The notes beneath the pieces were generated by a model. The model did no database searches. It had not been told where the DNA came from and saw only the letters and a list, made by a program, of their open reading frames with translations. Of a DNA stretch of 64,000 nt, positions 1 through 9,508 are shown in pieces. Numbering within the stretch: position 1 is the stretch's first letter; the number at the start of each line of letters is the position of its first letter. Origin of the DNA: Terriglobales bacterium (GTDB lineage: Bacteria > Acidobacteriota > Terriglobia > Terriglobales > Acidobacteriaceae); assembly GCA_035651995.1 (NCBI GenBank), contig DASRER010000008.1, positions 4,065 through 68,064 on the forward strand. Reading direction: 5' to 3'. The translations under genes and the position numbers were made by a program.

Positions 1-2
1 TG

Positions 3-545
3 GCGGAAGCCATGAGGATGGGAGATCACATTCTCAACCTGGTAGCTTCAAATTCCGACCTAGGGGTGTGCTTCTATCCCATCTGGGATACTGAGCGCGG
101 TTTGCGGACCGATGTTGACGCGCCTGCGTCACCGAACATGCCGCGGGTTATCGAGCGCTTTGGCAACAATCAGCACCACTATCTAACGGGCATGATGATC
201 GCATTCCTCAGCGATCTTTACCGCGTCAGCGGCGAAAGTAAGTACCTGGATGCGGCTTTGACGGTTTACGAGTTTGCTGCGGGGGGAAGCGAGGAGATTT
301 ATCAGACCACGCTGGCCCACAAATTTGCTTGGGGATCCTCCTGGTTGTATCGCACAACGCAGAACGCGAAGCACCTCGAATCGGCGTGCCGGGTTTGCGA
401 TTATTTGGTGGCGCATCAGGAAAAGGACGGGTCGTTCGTGCACTGGGCGTTGGTCAAGTCGGCGGACGAGTGGTCGTATTCGCCCAGACTGAACATCACC
501 GCACAGTTTGCGCTGTGGATCAGCAGAACCGAGGCGCTGCTGTAG
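3..545 (+). CDS. alpha/alpha-toroid protein with QW (prenyltransferase/squalene-cyclase-like) motif, C-terminal part; gene runs off the left edge
   Basis: The frame is open from nt 3, so no stop lies upstream of the ATG at 12. YLDAALTVYEF...HKFAWGSSWLY...CDYLVAHQEKDGSFVHW resembles a QW repeat. It is a clear paralogue of the 11843..12916 product. Confidence 0.55.
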   Translation, partial: AEAMRMGDHILNLVASNSDLGVCFYPIWDTERGLRTDVDAPASPNMPRVIERFGNNQHHYLTGMMIAFLSDLYRVSGESKYLDAALTVYEFAAGGSEEIYQTTLAHKFAWGSSWLYRTTQNAKHLESACRVCDYLVAHQEKDGSFVHWALVKSADEWSYSPRLNITAQFALWISRTEALL

Positions 546-575
546 CGCCAGACCCTTATCGAGGAGAGCGGAAAA

Positions 576-1271
576 ATGGCGCGGCGACCCACCACGGTTG
601 TGGAGAAGCTTCGGCACGGGCTGATCGTGTCGTGTCAGGCGGAAGGGGCCGACCCGTTCAATTCCCCGCAATTGCTTGCGCGCTTCGCCGCCGCTGCTGT
701 CCTGGGCGGCGCCGCCGGAATCAGAGCGTGCGGTACAAGCAGCGTCCATGCCATTCGCAAGGTGGTTTCTCAGCCAATCATCGGGCTGACCAAGGGCTCG
801 TATCCCAATGGCCGCGTCCTGATCACGCCGGAGTTGTCGGACGTAGGAGCACTGCTGCGCGCTGGCGCCGACCTCATCGCTGTTGATGCAACTTTGAGGC
901 GTCGCTCATCTGGTCTCGCCGGCAACCAACTCGTTGCGGAAATCGTGAAGCGATGGAGCGTCCCAATTGTCGCGGATGTCTCGACGCTGGAGGAGGGTCG
1001 CGCGGCGCGGGAGGCCGGCGCCGCGTTCGTGGCGACGACTCTCGCCGGGTACACGGATGACACGGCGCTGTCCGACGATCGAGAGCCCGACTGGGCGCTG
1101 CTGCGGGCGCTGGTTCGCGCGAAGGTTGGCCCGGTGATTCTGGAAGGCCGCGTGTGGAAGCCAGAGCAGGCAAAGCGTGGTCTTGATCTTGGCGCGCATG
1201 CCGTCGTGGTTGGCACCGCCATCACGCGCCCGCGAGTTGTAACGCGCGCCTTCGTCGACGCGATGATTTAA
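576..1271 (+). CDS. nanE: N-acetylmannosamine-6-phosphate 2-epimerase
   Basis: 231 aa. LIVSCQA, PIIGLTK, ADLIAVDAT, ATTLAGYT, ILEGRVWKPEQA and VVVGTAITRP are colinear with NanE over the full length. Confidence 0.85.
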   Translation: MARRPTTVVEKLRHGLIVSCQAEGADPFNSPQLLARFAAAAVLGGAAGIRACGTSSVHAIRKVVSQPIIGLTKGSYPNGRVLITPELSDVGALLRAGADLIAVDATLRRRSSGLAGNQLVAEIVKRWSVPIVADVSTLEEGRAAREAGAAFVATTLAGYTDDTALSDDREPDWALLRALVRAKVGPVILEGRVWKPEQAKRGLDLGAHAVVVGTAITRPRVVTRAFVDAMI

Positions 1272-1507
1272 TCTCTCGGCTCCGAACCCATCTCAGTTGT
1301 GCCACTATGTCCGCTTCTAGGAGATTCACGGCGTTGGTTTGAGGCAATCGCCGCCTTGACGCAGCGGCCGGACCTCCTGTACCAGTTACCCCAACACGGA
1401 AGGCGCCGGCCGAGTGGTCTCGGGTATTGCGTTCCGATAGGCGGAACGCGCGGTCCGAGTTGCCCTGAAGAGGCGCTTTTGTTCAACAATAACGCCCGGG
1501 AGGAAGC

Positions 1508-2311
1508 ATGGCGAATGGGACCAGGACCGCGGGTGGCAATGCCAGGACCGAGTCAAACTCAGTCAAGTCAGTCACCAAGTCCCTCGAGCTCTTGAACTGT
1601 TTTACCGACGATCATCCGGAGTGGGGGGTTACCGAGCTCGCCGACTACGTGGGAATGTGCAAGAGTGCTGTCCATCGTTTCCTCAGTTCCTTTGAGGCAG
1701 CCCGGTATCTGGAAAGAACCGAAGGGCACCGCTACCGTCTCGGACTCCGATGCATGGAGCTCGGGATGATGTTTCAGATCAATGACCGTCTGATTCGAGC
1801 ATCAGAGCGGGCCTTACGCGTGCTCGCGGAGGAAACGGGGTCTATCGCGCACCTGAGTCGGCTGGACGGTCGCGAGTCGGTCGAGTTGCTGCGGTTCTGC
1901 ACCATTTCGCGAATGATTCAGACGCCCAAGTTCAGCACGCGCCGGGAGGCGCACTCGACAGCCAAGGGCAAGATCTTCCTCGCATACGGCAGCGATGACG
2001 ATCTGCGCAATTTCCTGGGCCCGCGCAAGATGCTCAAGACATACACGGACTTTACGATCAGCTCACCTGAGCAACTGCGCCTTGAGTTACGTCAGATCCG
2101 CCAGCAAGGTTTCGCAATCGACAACCAGGAATCCTATACGGGCATGCGCTGCCTGGCGGTTCCCGTTTATCTGTCCTACGGCAGATTGGCGGCGGCCTTG
2201 AGCATCTCGAACGCAGCGGGCGACATGCCGCCGACCGCTATCCCGCACCTCGTGTCGAAACTGCGACGTATGTCCGCACAGATTACTACGAATTTGCGTC
2301 GGCCGAGATAA
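1508..2311 (+). CDS. IclR-family transcriptional regulator
   Basis: 267 aa. N-terminal winged HTH (SLELLNCF...WGVTELADYVGMCKSAVHRFLSSF) followed by an IclR-type effector domain. Confidence 0.85.
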   Translation: MANGTRTAGGNARTESNSVKSVTKSLELLNCFTDDHPEWGVTELADYVGMCKSAVHRFLSSFEAARYLERTEGHRYRLGLRCMELGMMFQINDRLIRASERALRVLAEETGSIAHLSRLDGRESVELLRFCTISRMIQTPKFSTRREAHSTAKGKIFLAYGSDDDLRNFLGPRKMLKTYTDFTISSPEQLRLELRQIRQQGFAIDNQESYTGMRCLAVPVYLSYGRLAAALSISNAAGDMPPTAIPHLVSKLRRMSAQITTNLRRPR

Positions 2312-2326
2312 TCCACGCCCGCGTCA

Positions 2327-3226
2327 TCAACTGGGTGTGTCGGCGAGAGCCTTCTGGCCGCACATTGCTTCGAGCGCCAAGATCAGCGCCTGAGTTCCCT
2401 TGCGGCCCGCCCCACAGCCGGCAAGCGCCTGATAAAGCTGCTTGGCCACTGCCAAGCCAGGGAGTGCGATCTTCATCGTCTCGGCTTCAGTCAATGCGAT
2501 CCCCATGTCCTTGATGAAGTGCTCGACATAGAATCCTGGTTCAAGGTCTCCCTTAAGGATTCGGGGCAATAGATTCTGAAGGCTCCATGAAGCAGCCGCC
2601 CCTACGCCAACGCTGGCAAGCACGCGTTCCGGGTCGAGCTTGGCGCTTCTGGCATACAACAATCCTTCCGCTAGGCCAACCATTGTGTTAGCCAGAAGGA
2701 TTTGATTCACCATCTTGGTGTGTTGTCCGCTACCGGCAGGTCCGTGCAGCACGATTGTTTTCCCCATTTTCTCAAGCAGCGGCCTGACCCGATTGAAGGC
2801 GGCTTCGTCTCCTCCGACCATGATCGAGAGGGCCGCGGTCCGTGCGCCGACGTCGCCACCGCTGACGGGTGCATCGAGCACGGCGACTCCGCGCTCGGCG
2901 CCAATGTTAGCGAGGCGAACCGCGAGGGATGGGCTACTTGTCGTACAGTCGATCGCCACTGTACCGGAATCCAGGGTGCTGAGAATCCCATTGTTGCTGT
3001 CGAGATAAATCGACTCGACATCGCGAGGGTACCCAACCATGGTGAAACAGACTTCGCTGTTCTGCGCCACGACCTTGGGCGTGTCAGCCCACGTGGCGCC
3101 TCGGGACACTAGCGGTTCGGCTTTCTGCCTGGTTCGGCTGAAGACAGTCAGTCTGTGTCCTGCCTGCAGCAGATGGCCAGCCATTGAGGCGCCCATCACT
3201 CCGGTTCCGATCCATCCGATATTCAT
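2327..3226 (-). CDS. NAD(P)-dependent beta-hydroxyacid dehydrogenase (3-hydroxyisobutyrate / tartronate-semialdehyde reductase family)
   Basis: 299 aa. Rossmann motif GWIGTGVMGASMAGHL, then DAPVSGG and GSGQHTKMVNQ, which are typical of this family. Confidence 0.85.
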   Translation of the reverse strand: MNIGWIGTGVMGASMAGHLLQAGHRLTVFSRTRQKAEPLVSRGATWADTPKVVAQNSEVCFTMVGYPRDVESIYLDSNNGILSTLDSGTVAIDCTTSSPSLAVRLANIGAERGVAVLDAPVSGGDVGARTAALSIMVGGDEAAFNRVRPLLEKMGKTIVLHGPAGSGQHTKMVNQILLANTMVGLAEGLLYARSAKLDPERVLASVGVGAAASWSLQNLLPRILKGDLEPGFYVEHFIKDMGIALTEAETMKIALPGLAVAKQLYQALAGCGAGRKGTQALILALEAMCGQKALADTPS

Positions 3227-3356
3227 ATGTGTTTTGATTGATAGTCAGTTGGAGCTAACGATGCTGATCCGCGAAGCTGTGAATTTCAACCCTAAATCCG
3301 CCGCGTTCCGGCTGACGGGACAATCTGCAAAGCGGACGTTTGTCGAGAGCGGCGTC

Positions 3357-4634
3357 TTATGGATGCGCGTCTCGAGCGAGGACGGGAATCGTTTGCGGTC
3401 CGTGCGGCATTACGCACAGAGTGGAATTCGGGCCGCGAGCTTGAAGGACATCCCGCACCGTCTTTTCAACGTCATCAATTGGCTCACAGTGCGCCTTCCG
3501 AACCTGATCCGGCGAGAGCCCGTCCGCGCGAACCAGGACGCGGGCCTTACGCTGAATCTGTGCCTGGATTTGTACCTGCCACTGATCAGGCATGCTGAAA
3601 CCCGGTGTGTGGATCATTTCCAGCAGGCGCTCGGGTGAAGGTTGGGATGCCAGAACGGTCCCGTAAGACCCGTGATCGGGTAGACCATCCCGGCACTCCG
3701 CGGCACAAATGATTATTCCGCCCGGCTTGACGACCCGGCTTGCCGCCGACATACCCTTTACGGCCTGGTAGAGGTTCTGGTCCAGGGGATATCCGGAATT
3801 GGTAGTGAGCACGACGTCGAAGGGCTCGGCCACCTCGCGAAGGGCGGACTGCCGCACCGCTTCGCACGCACGCCGGTGCTCGGTGAACAGTTCTCCCGCG
3901 AAAACGCCGGTTATTTTCTTGTCCTCATTCAGGGTCACGTCAATGGCAAAATGAACACCGGTCGTTCGGGCGATTCTTCTGATGTCGTCATGGACGGGGT
4001 TTCCCTCAATAACACCCCATGTGGCGGATGGATGTCCAATCCGTTTTGCGTCGTGCAGGACCATAACGGTTTCCAAGCCGGCAAGGCCTGGAGCAACCAT
4101 CTTGGGACCACCGCTGAATCCGGCGAAGAAATGTGGTTCGACGAACCCGGTTGTGATCCGCAAATCCGCTTCGAGCCAAAGGCGGTTGAGAAGGACCGGT
4201 ACACCTCCGATTCGTCCAAAGTCAACCAGCACTCCAGGATCACGGCTGTCGTGATTCACAACCCGGCAACTGCTCAACACGTAGCGGCCCAACATGCTCT
4301 CGAGCTCACGATCACTGTTGCCCCGATGCGTGCCGGTGGCGATCAGGATCGTGACATCAATCGCGTGAAGAGCCTTGAGCTCGTGTAACACGGCCTCGAC
4401 CATTTCTCGTCGAGGTTGCGGGCGCGTGATATCGCAGACCGAAATGGCCACATGTCGCGCGTGACGCGCTACGTGCTTCAGAGGAGGTCCCGCGACCGGA
4501 TCTCGCAGAGCCGCCATCAACGCACTAGCGGGGTCGGAAATGGCGCGAGTGGAAACTGGCTTGATCACAGTTACGCGCTCATCAGGAAGCGAGACCTCCA
4601 AGCCTGACGTTCCGTAGTCGAGACGCAGCCGCAT
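3357..4634 (-). CDS. LarA-family (DUF2088) nickel-pincer-nucleotide dependent 2-hydroxyacid racemase/epimerase
   Basis: 425 aa. ATGTHRGN matches the catalytic His region. VEPHFFAGFSGGPK carries the second catalytic His and the cofactor-tethering Lys. A downstream His lies in HDAKRIGHP. The length matches lactate racemase. Confidence 0.8.
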   Translation of the reverse strand: MRLRLDYGTSGLEVSLPDERVTVIKPVSTRAISDPASALMAALRDPVAGPPLKHVARHARHVAISVCDITRPQPRREMVEAVLHELKALHAIDVTILIATGTHRGNSDRELESMLGRYVLSSCRVVNHDSRDPGVLVDFGRIGGVPVLLNRLWLEADLRITTGFVEPHFFAGFSGGPKMVAPGLAGLETVMVLHDAKRIGHPSATWGVIEGNPVHDDIRRIARTTGVHFAIDVTLNEDKKITGVFAGELFTEHRRACEAVRQSALREVAEPFDVVLTTNSGYPLDQNLYQAVKGMSAASRVVKPGGIIICAAECRDGLPDHGSYGTVLASQPSPERLLEMIHTPGFSMPDQWQVQIQAQIQRKARVLVRADGLSPDQVRKAHCEPIDDVEKTVRDVLQARGPNSTLCVMPHGPQTIPVLARDAHP

Positions 4635-4975
4635 GAATTCCCTTTGCGCTTGTTCCCACGACCCGCGCTAAAGTCTGTGCAGGGACCCGGGTGTGGTGTC
4701 CTTGCATCGGTTTTTCGCTTAGCGTTCTACATGATCTCTGGAGACAGAGGATTCGTCTGCTCCGTCCCGCGATTGAGAACAGGGTGCGACGGCGTGCTCG
4801 GAAAACGTAGTTCGTTTGTTTTAGTTCTTATCGCGCATGCGTCACCCCGAAAACCTCTGTTCCGCAGTTCGGGACAGAGTGGGAATGCAATTGACATTAT
4901 TTTGTGATCTGCCATCTTCCTTCCGAAAACGCCTCGCTCGCCGTCAAGAGAGCGACTGGAAGAGGAGTGGTTGTT

Positions 4976-7900
4976 ATGGCAGCGTCGATCATCCGCAGGT
5001 CGGAAAGGCTGGGCTCGTGGTTATTAGCGCTGGTTTTAGTGCTGATGGCGATGTTCCCGGCCGGAGCATACAGCCAAAACACCACCGCCGATATTTTCGG
5101 GCTCGTAACCGACACCTCCGGTGCGGTCGCAGCAGGCGCAACAGTCGTTGTCACCGAGTCGCGCACTGGCTATCGGCGCGAGGTCCGCACAAACGGTGAG
5201 GGGACCTACAGCGCGCCGCGACTCCAGACAGGCACGTACACGATTGAGGTCAGGCTAGCCGGCTTCAGCACCGCGCGGCAGACCAATATTGTGCTGGACG
5301 CAGGCGACCGGCGCGAAATCAACGTCCAGCTAAAGGTTGGCGCCGTCAGCGAGGTGGTGGACGTCGTGGCGAGTTTGCCTACGGTGGAAACGACTTCAGG
5401 AGTGGTTCGAACATCGATAGACGACGTTCTTGTTGATCGCATTCCCATTCTTGGCCGGAATGCGAACAACCTGATCGCACTCGTGCCCGGTATGACGACG
5501 GGAGTGCAGGGGGATTTCGCTTCCAACGGCGTTCGCGAAAATTCGAACAGCTTCAGGCTCGACGGCACCGACAATCTGGACGTTTTCAAGAGCGTCGCCG
5601 GACGGAACCCTCCGCCGGATTCGTTACAGGAGTTCACCATCCAAACAAACTACTCCGCGGAATTCGGGCACGGCGGCGGCGCCGCCGTGCTCGCCGTGAC
5701 CAAGAGCGGCACGAACCAATGGCACGGGAGCGCCTACGACTACTTCCAGACCAGCGGCTGGAACGCGAATTCCTGGGAGCGCAACGCCCAGGGATTGCCC
5801 AGAGGAGCTCTGAAGCAGCATCAATGGGGCGGTTCGTTCGGCGGGCCCGTCATCGTGCCGCACCTCTACGACGGACGCAACAAGACGTTTTTCTTCGTCA
5901 ATATTCAGCGGCTCTGGGCCCCGTCGACGGCCTACCTGTACCATCCGGGCGGGCTCACTGCGGCCGAACTGGCGGGCGATTTTTCGCAATCGGCGAAGGT
6001 GCCCGTCGTCAGCACGTCGGCGGCGAACGCCCCGAACTCGCCTTTCAAAGGCCTGGCCGGGCAGAAGATCACCAACCTTGTGCCCTTCCTGAGTCCGACG
6101 GCGGTGAAGTGGTACAAGCTGCTCGGGTTCCCGACGGTTGCAGTCAGTGGTGATAACCCGGTGCAGAGCCTCAACCAGGCGCAGGACCAACCTGACTACG
6201 TGGTACGACTTGATCAGGTGCTGAACCACAACAACAAAGTGAGTGCCAGCGGCTATTACTTCATGAATTTCCCGGATCCCAAGCAAGTGGACAACGCTCC
6301 CCTGGGCTTTGCGCAGGGAAACAAGCTGAGAGACCGGCATCTCTCGATTGTTAACGTGACCACAATCGGGTCGACGCTGGTGAATGAAGCGGCTTTCGGG
6401 TTCACCAAGATCGCCCAAACTCAGGTTGCCAACTTCGGGAATGCGGACTTTGCATCCCTCGGCCTGGCATATCCGCAGCTGCCAAACTCGTTTGTCGGTT
6501 TCAACAAGCTGACTCCGAGCCAGTTTGGCCTGAACTCGCCTTCCTTCAAGGACGAGGTTCGGAGCGTAACGGATTTCCGCGATACCGTATCCTTTGTAAA
6601 GGGTCGGCACCTGATGAAAACAGGTGGCGCTTTCCAGTATCAGCGGATTCAGCAGTTGATTGCGTCCAACCAGAACTACTTGTACAACGGCCAGTGGCTT
6701 GGCAACAGCGCAGCGGAATTCCTCATCGGTTGGCCCGCCAGTTTCGGCTCCATCCAGGCGCCGAGCAATCGCAATGCGCGCATCCACTACATTGATGCCT
6801 TCTTCCAGGACGATTGGAAACTGAGGCCGAACCTGACTCTCAACTTTGGGTTGCGATGGGAGCCTCATTTCTGGGGCCACCTGACATCGGACAGCGCGTT
6901 GATCTTCATTCCGGGCGCCAAGTCCCGCTTTGCGAACTTCCCATCGGGCACAATCCTGACCTCCGACAGCGCATCGCCCAATCTCTCAGGCCAGGAAAAC
7001 GACATCTATAACTTCGCGCCCCGTGTGGGTGTGGCGTACAAGCTCGACTCGGCGGGCAAGATGGTCCTGCGTGGTGGGTGGGGCCTCTTCTTTGACGCAA
7101 CGAATGGCGTGCATGACGGAATCGATCTGAATTCCGATGCCTTCCTGCAAAGCTTCGGAACAAGCTTCAATCTGGGATACCCCGGGCCGGAAGGCTGGCT
7201 CGACATCTTCAAATATGCCAATCTGCCCGTCCCTAACTTCTCTGATCTAGTTAAAAAGATTGATCCGAGCCAACGGGTGTTCAACCCAAATAGCGGGTCT
7301 CCCGGGATCTACAAGCCCGGACTGGAACTCGGCTACGTCCATCAATACAACGTCACCTTCGAGCACGAGTTCCATCCGGGATGGAGTTACAGTGTGGCCT
7401 ATCTCGGAACGCAGGGCGTCAAGTTATGGGGATTGGACTTCTGGAACCTGCCTGTGCACAAAGACTCGACCGACAGCTGGGATAACGCGAACCTTGCGTC
7501 ACGGCGGCCCGATCAGACCTATCGCCTGACGGACAAGGCGTTCATCGCCGCAAACGGTTCTTCCTCGTACAACGCCTTCCAGGTCACAGTCAAGGCAAGG
7601 GGGCGCGGACCGTTCCACATGCTCTCGCACTACACGTATTCACGCGCCTACTCAAACATTGACGGTGAGTTCTCCAAAGGCGATGCAAACGGTTATGGTC
7701 GGGGGGATCCCAACAACCTCGACGCCGACTGGTCGCCATCGGTCATGGACATCCCGCACAGGCTGGTGTTCGCTCCGTCCTGGGAATCTCCCTACGGGAA
7801 AGGCAGACACGACTTGATTGGACTGCTGGTCTCGAACTGGTCGCTCACCCCGGTGCTGACGATCCAGAATGGCAGGTTGGTGAACGTTCTCGCAGCACAG

Positions 7901-8299
7901 AACAACAGCTTCATCTGCGACAATTCGAAGCAATGCTGGGAGCGTCCGAATGCGACCGGCGCACCACTGATCAATCCGAACTGGGAGACCGACCCGAAGC
8001 ACATCTACGTCAATGCGGCGGCCTTCAGCCAGCCCGCGGACGGTACATTCGGCAATCTCCCACGCAACGCCATTCGCTGGCCGTACACCAAGAACGTCGA
8101 TATGAGTGTGAGGAGAGCCATCCCAGTTACCGAGCGGGCCCACTTCGAGCTCCAACTGGATGCTTTCAACCTCTTTAATAACGTCAACTTCAAGCAGCCG
8201 AATGCGATCAAGCCCAGCGATCCCTCGACCCTCAACCTGCTTTCGCAGGGAACGCTTGGGCCTCGCCGGATGCAGGCGGCTCTGCGTTTCATCTTCTAG
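4976..8299 (+). CDS. TonB-dependent outer-membrane receptor with N-terminal carboxypeptidase-regulatory-like domain
   Basis: The ORF opens at 4904; the likely start is ATG 4976 (MAASIIRR...LVLMAMFPAGAYSQ signal peptide). It has a CarboxypepD_reg-like segment (GLVTDTSGAVAAGATVVVTESRTGYRREVRTNGEGTYSAP), a long beta-barrel and a terminal aromatic ...ALRFIF. Confidence 0.85.
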   Translation: MAASIIRRSERLGSWLLALVLVLMAMFPAGAYSQNTTADIFGLVTDTSGAVAAGATVVVTESRTGYRREVRTNGEGTYSAPRLQTGTYTIEVRLAGFSTARQTNIVLDAGDRREINVQLKVGAVSEVVDVVASLPTVETTSGVVRTSIDDVLVDRIPILGRNANNLIALVPGMTTGVQGDFASNGVRENSNSFRLDGTDNLDVFKSVAGRNPPPDSLQEFTIQTNYSAEFGHGGGAAVLAVTKSGTNQWHGSAYDYFQTSGWNANSWERNAQGLPRGALKQHQWGGSFGGPVIVPHLYDGRNKTFFFVNIQRLWAPSTAYLYHPGGLTAAELAGDFSQSAKVPVVSTSAANAPNSPFKGLAGQKITNLVPFLSPTAVKWYKLLGFPTVAVSGDNPVQSLNQAQDQPDYVVRLDQVLNHNNKVSASGYYFMNFPDPKQVDNAPLGFAQGNKLRDRHLSIVNVTTIGSTLVNEAAFGFTKIAQTQVANFGNADFASLGLAYPQLPNSFVGFNKLTPSQFGLNSPSFKDEVRSVTDFRDTVSFVKGRHLMKTGGAFQYQRIQQLIASNQNYLYNGQWLGNSAAEFLIGWPASFGSIQAPSNRNARIHYIDAFFQDDWKLRPNLTLNFGLRWEPHFWGHLTSDSALIFIPGAKSRFANFPSGTILTSDSASPNLSGQENDIYNFAPRVGVAYKLDSAGKMVLRGGWGLFFDATNGVHDGIDLNSDAFLQSFGTSFNLGYPGPEGWLDIFKYANLPVPNFSDLVKKIDPSQRVFNPNSGSPGIYKPGLELGYVHQYNVTFEHEFHPGWSYSVAYLGTQGVKLWGLDFWNLPVHKDSTDSWDNANLASRRPDQTYRLTDKAFIAANGSSSYNAFQVTVKARGRGPFHMLSHYTYSRAYSNIDGEFSKGDANGYGRGDPNNLDADWSPSVMDIPHRLVFAPSWESPYGKGRHDLIGLLVSNWSLTPVLTIQNGRLVNVLAAQNNSFICDNSKQCWERPNATGAPLINPNWETDPKHIYVNAAAFSQPADGTFGNLPRNAIRWPYTKNVDMSVRRAIPVTERAHFELQLDAFNLFNNVNFKQPNAIKPSDPSTLNLLSQGTLGPRRMQAALRFIF

Positions 8300-8305
8300 G
8301 TGTTA

Positions 8306-8362
8306 AGCGCCTCGCCGCGCAGGTCACGGTCGTACCTGGCGATCGTGACCAGCGGCGAGGCG
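8306..8362 (+). terminator. long GC-rich hairpin downstream of the TonB receptor gene (no U-tract)
   Basis: GCGCCTCGCCGC (8306-8317) is the exact reverse complement of GCGGCGAGGCGC (8351-8362). An inner GGTCACG/CGTGACC pairing is also present. Confidence 0.35.
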
Positions 8363-8379
8363 CGGGGGCCTCTCGCGCT

Positions 8380-9381
8380 GTGATAAAAACGGTTGAAAGT
8401 ATGTGCGAAACCAAGTCACAGCCTCGGCCGGCGCCGCACGCTGTAACTACCCAGCGCTTTCCTGAGATGGTCTACGTTCCGGGCGGCACGTTCCGGATGG
8501 GTTCGGACAAGCACTATCCGGAGGAGCGTCCCGTCCACCGGGTTGCCGTTGACGGATTCTGGATAGATCGCTTCCCCGTCACCAACCGGGCCTTTCGAGA
8601 GTTCGTCGAGTCCACCGGATACGTCACTTTCGCCGAGCGCACGCCCGATGCCAGCAAATATCCCGGTATTCCGCCGGAAGCCCTCCAGCCCGGTTCCCTG
8701 GTCTTTGTCCCGCCATCCTGCCGTGTGGACCGCGGCAATTATCTTCAATGGTGGGAATATCGGCCCGGCGCGAACTGGAAGCATCCTCATGGACCTAACA
8801 GTTCAATCGCAGACCTAGACGATCATCCAGTCGTGCACGTCACCTACGATGACGCGGAAGCCTTCTCAAAGTGGGCGGGAAAGTCACTACCGACGGAAGC
8901 TGAGTGGGAGTTCGCCGCCAGAGGCGGTCTCGACGGCGCCGAGTTCGCGTGGGGTAATGAGTTCCTTCCCTCGCAAAAGTATATGGCGAACACCTGGCAG
9001 GGTGAGTTTCCCTGGGAGAACCAGTTGCTTGACGGCTTCGGCGCCACCTCGCCGGTAGGAGCATTTCCGCCGAACGGATACGGCCTATACGATGTAACGG
9101 GCAACGTCTGGGAATGGACCAGCGACTGGTACCAGGGGAAGCACAAGCCCGACGCGGCCAAGCCTTGCTGCATCCCGAAGAACCCCCGGGAAGGACGCGA
9201 GGAGCAGAGTTACGACCCGGCGCATGCGGGTGGATTTCCGCGCCGCGTCGTAAAGGGAGGGTCCTTTCTCTGCGCGCCAAACTACTGTCTTCGCTACCGG
9301 CCCGCGGCGCGAATGCCTGAAGCGGTTGACACATCCACGTGCCATCTCGGATTTCGGTGCATCCTTCGCGATCCGCGCTAG
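8380..9381 (+). CDS. formylglycine-generating enzyme (SUMF1/FGE family)
   Basis: 333 aa. MVYVPGGTFRMGSD...ERPVHRVAVDGFWIDRFPVTNRAFREFV...GNVWEWTSDWY are FGE-sulfatase domain hallmarks. It lies directly upstream of a Cys-type sulfatase. Confidence 0.85.
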   Translation: MIKTVESMCETKSQPRPAPHAVTTQRFPEMVYVPGGTFRMGSDKHYPEERPVHRVAVDGFWIDRFPVTNRAFREFVESTGYVTFAERTPDASKYPGIPPEALQPGSLVFVPPSCRVDRGNYLQWWEYRPGANWKHPHGPNSSIADLDDHPVVHVTYDDAEAFSKWAGKSLPTEAEWEFAARGGLDGAEFAWGNEFLPSQKYMANTWQGEFPWENQLLDGFGATSPVGAFPPNGYGLYDVTGNVWEWTSDWYQGKHKPDAAKPCCIPKNPREGREEQSYDPAHAGGFPRRVVKGGSFLCAPNYCLRYRPAARMPEAVDTSTCHLGFRCILRDPR

Positions 9382-9508
9382 CGACCCTTGCGGCTTCCAA
9401 GTCTGGCGCCGAGTAGGCTGTTGAGAAGGCCAGAAGACTGTTCTGCCATGCGGAATGGAAGGAGCCACCCAGACCCTTCCCGTGTAGCATGCGCGTGGTG
9501 AATCGGGG

